Shown one piece after another: positions 58,542 through 64,000 of a DNA stretch of 64,000 nt. Below the pieces are notes generated by a model. That model saw nothing but the letters and a program-made list of their open reading frames with translations, had not been told where the DNA came from and searched no databases. The DNA comes from Selaginella moellendorffii (Eukaryota; Plantae; Lycopodiophyta): assembly GCF_000143415.4 (NCBI RefSeq), contig NW_003314309.1, forward strand, positions 766,936-830,935, written 5' to 3'. The translations under genes and the position numbers were made by a program. How positions within the stretch are numbered: the first letter of the stretch is position 1; every line of letters begins with the position of its first letter.

Positions 58542-61500
58542 GATGACTCCAGTGAGGAAACTTCCAAATAGGAGTTTGGTGGCGAGGTTCGGTCGTCCAA
58601 GCCTCGATTGGATGTTCTAGAAGGACAGTTGGCACAGACCAATGCCCTGCTAGAGACTCTCGTATGCAAACTAAAGCGTGACGAGAAGCGGAAGAAAAAG
58701 CGAAAGACTGCGGATGCTGGCAGCGTAGAAGGTGCGGACCCTTTGGTAGGGACTTAGGCAGAACCAAACAAGGTCAAACAGACCGAAGTAGAATCAGTCC
58801 CTCAGGCAGTTCCCAAGTACAAACAAAAGCCCCCACCAGTCTTCAAGGGAGTGAATGACTATAAGGTGGTGGAGGATTGGTTTTACGATATGGAGGACTA
58901 CTTCCGAGCGTTGCGATTACCGAGCTTGGAGAAGGTCCCATGTGCAAAACCATACTTGGCAGATAATGCCATGTCTTGGTGGAGGACAACGGAGGCCAAC
59001 GAAGGACCGGTGGCGACTTGGGACATGATGAAGGCGAGGATCCGTGCAACATACGTTCCTCCGAATGCCACTCTGCATCTAAGAGATGAGCTGAGTAGGC
59101 TGAAGCAGACTGGAACCATCCAGGAGTATGTGAATGGGTTCATGGCAAAGAGGATACTTGTCACGGACATGGGGGATATGGATGTGTTCCATGCCTTCAT
59201 ATCAGGTTTGCAAACCTGGGCTCGCGGTGAAGTGATGCGCTGGAACCCGACCAACTATAAGGAAGCATTGGATGCAGGTATCAAGGTGCATTTCAACGAT
59301 AACCTGCGAAAAGGGAACGCGACGGGGTCGGGGTCCACGTTTCATAAAGGGGCCAAACCGAGGGGAACATATAGCAAGGGGAAATTCAAGAAGAGTTTCT
59401 CTAAGAATGAGTCCTCGGGGTTCCGGAAAGGCAAATCCGGTGGCCAGCGAGCAAGTACGTAGGGGAGTCAAGCAAAAAGAGACAAACCCACGGATAAAAA
59501 GGTCAAGTCGTTTAGCAGCGTGGGAAACAATGTATGCTACAACTGCGGTGAAGCGGGACACTTTTTGAAGGAATGTCCCTACCCGAAGAAAGCCAGAGCC
59601 AATATCGCCATTAAATCGAGTGAAGTCCAAAATGAGGTATGTGATCTAGTCCCTAGCTCAAAGCTACTTATTACACGAGCAACTTTGGTAGAGAGTCGTT
59701 TGCGACATCTACTAGCCCTCCGAGGGAAGCTCGGAGGTAGCTTTGTTAAGATCCTTATTGACATTGGTGCTTCGGATAATTTTGTGGCTGCAGACATAGT
59801 CCGGCAAGCCAGACTAACAGTGTAGCGGCTGGGCAAACCAAGGACTATAGAGTTTGTTCAAGGTAGCCAAAGCACCGATGAGGTACTTCGACAAGCAAGA
59901 GTCGAAGTAGGGACTTGGAAAGTAGACATGGATTTCACCGTGTTGGACATGGCGGGATTTGACGTGATCTTCGGGATGGATTGGTTCAATCGGTTCGTGG
60001 TAGCCCTGCATGGACAAGGTAGGAACCTTGTGGTACTAGCGAATGCCCAAGGAAGAAGATCCAGGGTGGAGGCCCAGGATCTAAAGGTAGGGCAATGCAA
60101 GGCCAAAGATTCGTGCCTAAACCTGGTGTCCACGAGAGGACAACTCACTAAAGGGACAAAGGCTGCATTTTTGTGCTTACTCTCGGTGAGAAGTGATAAA
60201 AAGACAGGAACGGAAGAAGTACCTTTAGTGATCCAGCAGGTGTTGGACCAATTCCAGGATACCATGCCAGAGGAGCTACCGGCGGGGTTGCCCCCCGCAC
60301 GACCGATAGAACATAAGATTGAGCTGGTCAAGGGTGCTGAGGCAATGGTTCGTCCACCCTATCGTTTGAACGAAAAAGAACTCGTGAAGCTCAAGCGCCA
60401 ACTAGAGGAGTTGGTGGACAAAGGGTATGTTAGGTTGAGCAAATCGCCGTATGAGGCGCCGGTCCTATTTGTGAAAAAGAAAGATGGATCTATGCGCATG
60501 TGCATAGACTACCGGTTGCTCAACAAATATACAAAGAAGAACAAGTACCCTTTGCCAAGGATTGAGGACCTGTTTGATAGGTTGGGAAAAGCAAAATACT
60601 TCTCAAGGATTGACCTAAGGTCAGGATACTACCAGATTAGGGTAGCAGAGGAAGATGTCGAGAAGACAACTTGTCGAACGAGGTATGGGAGCTTCGAGTT
60701 TTTGGTGATGCCCTTCGGGCTATGCAATGCGCCGGCAACGTTTTCGGCGTTAATGAACCATATCTTTGTACCCTATCTGGATCACTTTGTGGTCGTTTAT
60801 ATTGACGACATCCTAATCTATAGCGAAACGCTAGAAGAGCATGCCAAACATTTGACGAAGGTGTTTGAGAAACTAAGGGAACACCAGCTATATGCTAAAG
60901 AGAGCAAATGTAACTTTGCTCAGCAAGAGGTAAAGTTTCTCGGGCATGTGGTGGGCAAGGATGGGCTCAAGGTGGACCCTGAGAAGGTCCAAGCGATCCA
61001 GGATTGGGAGCGACCATCGAATGTACACGAGTTAAGGGCATTCTTGGGGCTATGCAACTACTACCGAAAGTTTATTAGACACTATTCGAGAGTAGCCCTG
61101 CCCTTAACAGACCAAACGGGAAAAGGGAAGATGGTATGGACAGCGGAATGCGAGGCGGCATTTGTCCACCTCAAAGGGAAATTGAGGAAAGCTCCGGTGT
61201 TGGCATTACCAGATTTTGGTAAGGACTTTGAGGTAGAAATGGATGCTTTGGACTTTGCGTTGGGCGCAGTTTTGAAGCAGGATAACCATCCAGTAGCATT
61301 CTTCTCGAAAAAGTTGGACAAGGCTCAACGGAAGTGGCCTGCCCATGAGAAGGAATTGTTTGTGGTGGTCAAGGCGCTCAAGGAGTGGAGACACTACCTT
61401 GGGAGACACTTCAAGGTTTATACGGACAATGTGGCAACAAAACACTTTTTGTCACAACCTGACCTAAGGGGGAAACAGGGTCGGTGGGCCAATGCTTTGG

Positions 61501-63128
61501 CCGAGTTTGATTGTGAAATTCTGTACAAGCCTGGGAAGAGCAACATCGTGGCGGATGCGCTAAGTCGAAAAGCAAGCTTGAAGTTGGCGATATCCAGCGC
61601 AACAGCAATATTTTGGGATGATGTGTGGACAACATATGAGAACGATGGTCTAGCACAAGAAGTGTTGCTGCAGAATCTGGAGGCACGGGAAGCTCACCAA
61701 AGGGGTGAGCTACCAACAGAAGAGAAAACGGGCTATGTGGAACGCAATGGACTCATCTATTACAAGCAAACGAGGGTGTATGTCCCAGAAGGGGAACTAA
61801 GGAAGGTAGCCTTAGAGGAGTGTCATGATGGACCTCTTGCGAAACACGGCGGAGTGCCCAAGACGATGGGCTTACTCAAGAGGAAGTATCACTGGCCAAA
61901 TATGGCTAAGGACGTCCAAGACTATGTAAAGACATGTCCAACATATGGTCAAAGATGTGACTAAGGCTACTGGGGGCTTGTTGCAAAATCCCAATTCCAG
62001 ATCGTCCGTGGAAATGTCTTACGATGGACTTCATCACGGGACTACCCCCAAGCGAGGGGTTCGATGCGATATTTGTGGTGGTGGATCGATTTTCGAAGAT
62101 GGCACATTTCATACCCACCACAACGGAAGTGGATGCGGAAGGTGTGGCGAAGCTGTTCTTTGAGCAAGTGGTTCAACTGCGGGGAAGGCCAGAAGAGATT
62201 ATCTTAGATCGAGATAAAATCTTCACCAGTAGGTTCTGGAGAACCCTCCTGGAACAGTATCGCACCAAGTTGAAATTTAGCATAGCCTATCACCCACAGA
62301 CAGGTATGGGGTATTAAGTCAAGTTGATGGCACTAACACTTCTTGACAGACGGACAAACGGAAAGGGTGAATAGGCAGCTAGAGGATTATTTGTGATGCT
62401 ATGTCTCAGGAGACCAGACCGATTGGGTAAGTCATTTGGGACTTGTGGAAATGTGTTATAACAACTCACCACATTCAAGCATCGGGGTGAGTCCATGGGA
62501 AGTCATCAATGAGCGAGCTATTGAAGGTCCTATGGAACTCGGCGTGGCCGAGTATCATGGAGAGTTACCCGCAGTGGAGGCATTCACAGCGGAAAGACTC
62601 AACATTTGGAATCTAGTGAGGGATTCCTTGGAACGGGCTCAACAAAGGCAAACCAAGTACGCGAACCAGAAGCGTCAGGACGTAGAGTTCCAAGCTGGGG
62701 AGAAGGTGTGGCTAAACACCAAGAACCTCAGGCTACCAAGTGGGATCAGCCAGAAGTTGACCCAAAGGTAAAAATGCATGTATTCTTGTAAATGAATCGG
62801 TCTTGGGTTCGCGGGGCCTTATGAGATTGAGGCTCGAATCGGTAAAGTGGCTTACCGTCTCCGACTTCCTCGAGAGATGGGGAAGATGCACCCCGTGTTC
62901 CACGTGAACTTACTCAAGCCGTATTTTGAGGATCTGCTTCGCAAGGACCAAGTAAGGCCTTTACTTGAGGTTATCCAAGGGGAAGAGGAATACGAAGTCG
63001 AGGCCATCCTTAATGCACGCAAGAGCAAGCGACAAGGACGCGAGGTGAGAGAGTTCCATGTGAAGTGGAAAGGATTTCCACACTGCGAAGCAACATGGGA
63101 ACCGGAGGTGAACCTAGCGAACGCGTGA
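58542..63128 (+). pseudogene. Disrupted gag-pol of element 1
   Basis: Stops at 58755, 59460, 59823, 62394 and 63126; frameshifts near 61945 and 61990; RT-RNase H open 59928-61964. Confidence 0.9.
62304..62349 (+). other. Candidate 46-nt spliceosomal intron in the integrase core
   Basis: AG|gtatgg...ctaac...ttcttgacag|AC; removal restores YHPQTDGQTERVNRQLEDYL in frame. Confidence 0.8.
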
Positions 63129-64000
63129 GATCTAGTGGAGGAATTTCTGCAAGGCAGAACTCTATGTACTTATGCAAAGTTCAATTAAAAGTATCAATTG
63201 GTGAAGTTGAGCAAATATGTTAGGACCCAAAGGCACGCCAAGCGTAGGGAGCTACGCCCGACTCCCTGCGGGGATGTCGAATCCGTAGACGTATTCTATG
63301 GAGGTTGGGTTCAAGTCCCAACCCCCTAGTAAAGCAAGGTTGGGTTCAAGTCCCAACCCCATACTAGGGCGTGGTGAGGTGAGGAGTATAGGGACACTTA
63401 TATTCCGTTGTCATGGGCTCTTGGCCGGGGAGGCTAACTTAGGCACACCGCTAAGTGGGGGGATGCCCCCGGAGACATGGTCAACAAGTCGTAGGATCAA
63501 AAGAGAGACGTTTGATGTGGGCATCGAACTTCTTCTATGGGTGGTGGAGTTGTAAGGAACCAACTCGCCGAGGTGTCGTAGGCTAAAGGAACCCCGAAAG
63601 CATGACCAAAATGACAAAGAGTTCATCGGATGGGACCAAGTTGAAGATCGAGTCCAAGACCGACTCTGAGACCGAGTTCGAGATAGAGTCCGGATTCGAG
63701 TCTGAGGCCGACTCGAGGACCGAGTTCGAGACCGAGTTCGAGACGGAGTTTGAGACCGAGTTCGAGACAGAGTCTGAGATCCGAAATCGGATCCGAGACC
63801 GAGTCCGAGGTCGAGTCTGAGGTCGGGTTCGAGATCGGGTCCGAGATCGAGTCCGAGATCGAGTCCGAGACCGAATCCGAAGTCGGATCTGAAATCGAGT
63901 CCGAGATCGAGCTAGAGACTAAGTCCACATACTAATACGGGTCAAGGGGTGAAAGCCCAAAGCGTGCGTCTCCCAGTGGTGGGGGGGGGGGGGGGGGGGC

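Larger units (their letters stand above)
52792..64000 (+). mobile_element. Ty3/gypsy chromovirus, element 1 (5' LTR 52792-53983; 3' LTR from 63551, cut by window end); interrupted by element 2
   Basis: PBS tggtatcggagc 53987-53998; gag from 54043; CCHC knuckle; protease LIDIGAS; RT YIDD; RNase H; integrase; chromodomain; PPT before 63551. Confidence 0.95.

Noticed and set aside
61940-61995. Programmed frameshift or intron in the integrase zinc-finger region
   Set aside because: Best explained by two small deletions; no slippery site and no GT-AG segment that restores the motif

Overview
Eukaryotic plant genomic DNA, most likely a lycophyte such as Selaginella (inferred from very short 45-70 nt GT-AG introns, tight gene spacing and a PLS-class PPR gene). 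1-30 kb is gene-dense: TIR1/AFB auxin receptor, O-methyltransferase, PLS-PPR, three other F-box genes, a CREST-type membrane hydrolase, lipoxygenase, EF-hand lysophospholipid acyltransferase, LEA_2/NHL-like gene, KOBITO1, a UVI4/OSD1-like small protein, a RING-H2 E3 and DUF1223. 30-43.5 kb is AT-rich TE debris, including an old Ty3/gypsy element with a nested TRIM. 43.7-49 kb holds a URGT-type nucleotide-sugar transporter and an unusual three-trefoil fascin-like gene. 52.8-64 kb is a young Ty3/gypsy chromovirus with a second copy of the same family inserted antisense into its gag. The standout observation is that this chromovirus family appears to carry short spliceosomal introns. Two lie inside integrase, and removing them restores HPQTDGQTE and KLTQRFAGPY exactly. 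One lies at the gag end, and splicing it yields a Gag-only product. One spans U5-PBS, which would make spliced mRNA non-reverse-transcribable and could explain why the introns persist. Also notable are a 54-bp TG..CA insertion carrying a 5S rRNA fragment (Cassandra-like) and a DINE-1/Helentron-like non-autonomous element nested in its own family. All gene models and alignments were done by eye; no database searches were run.
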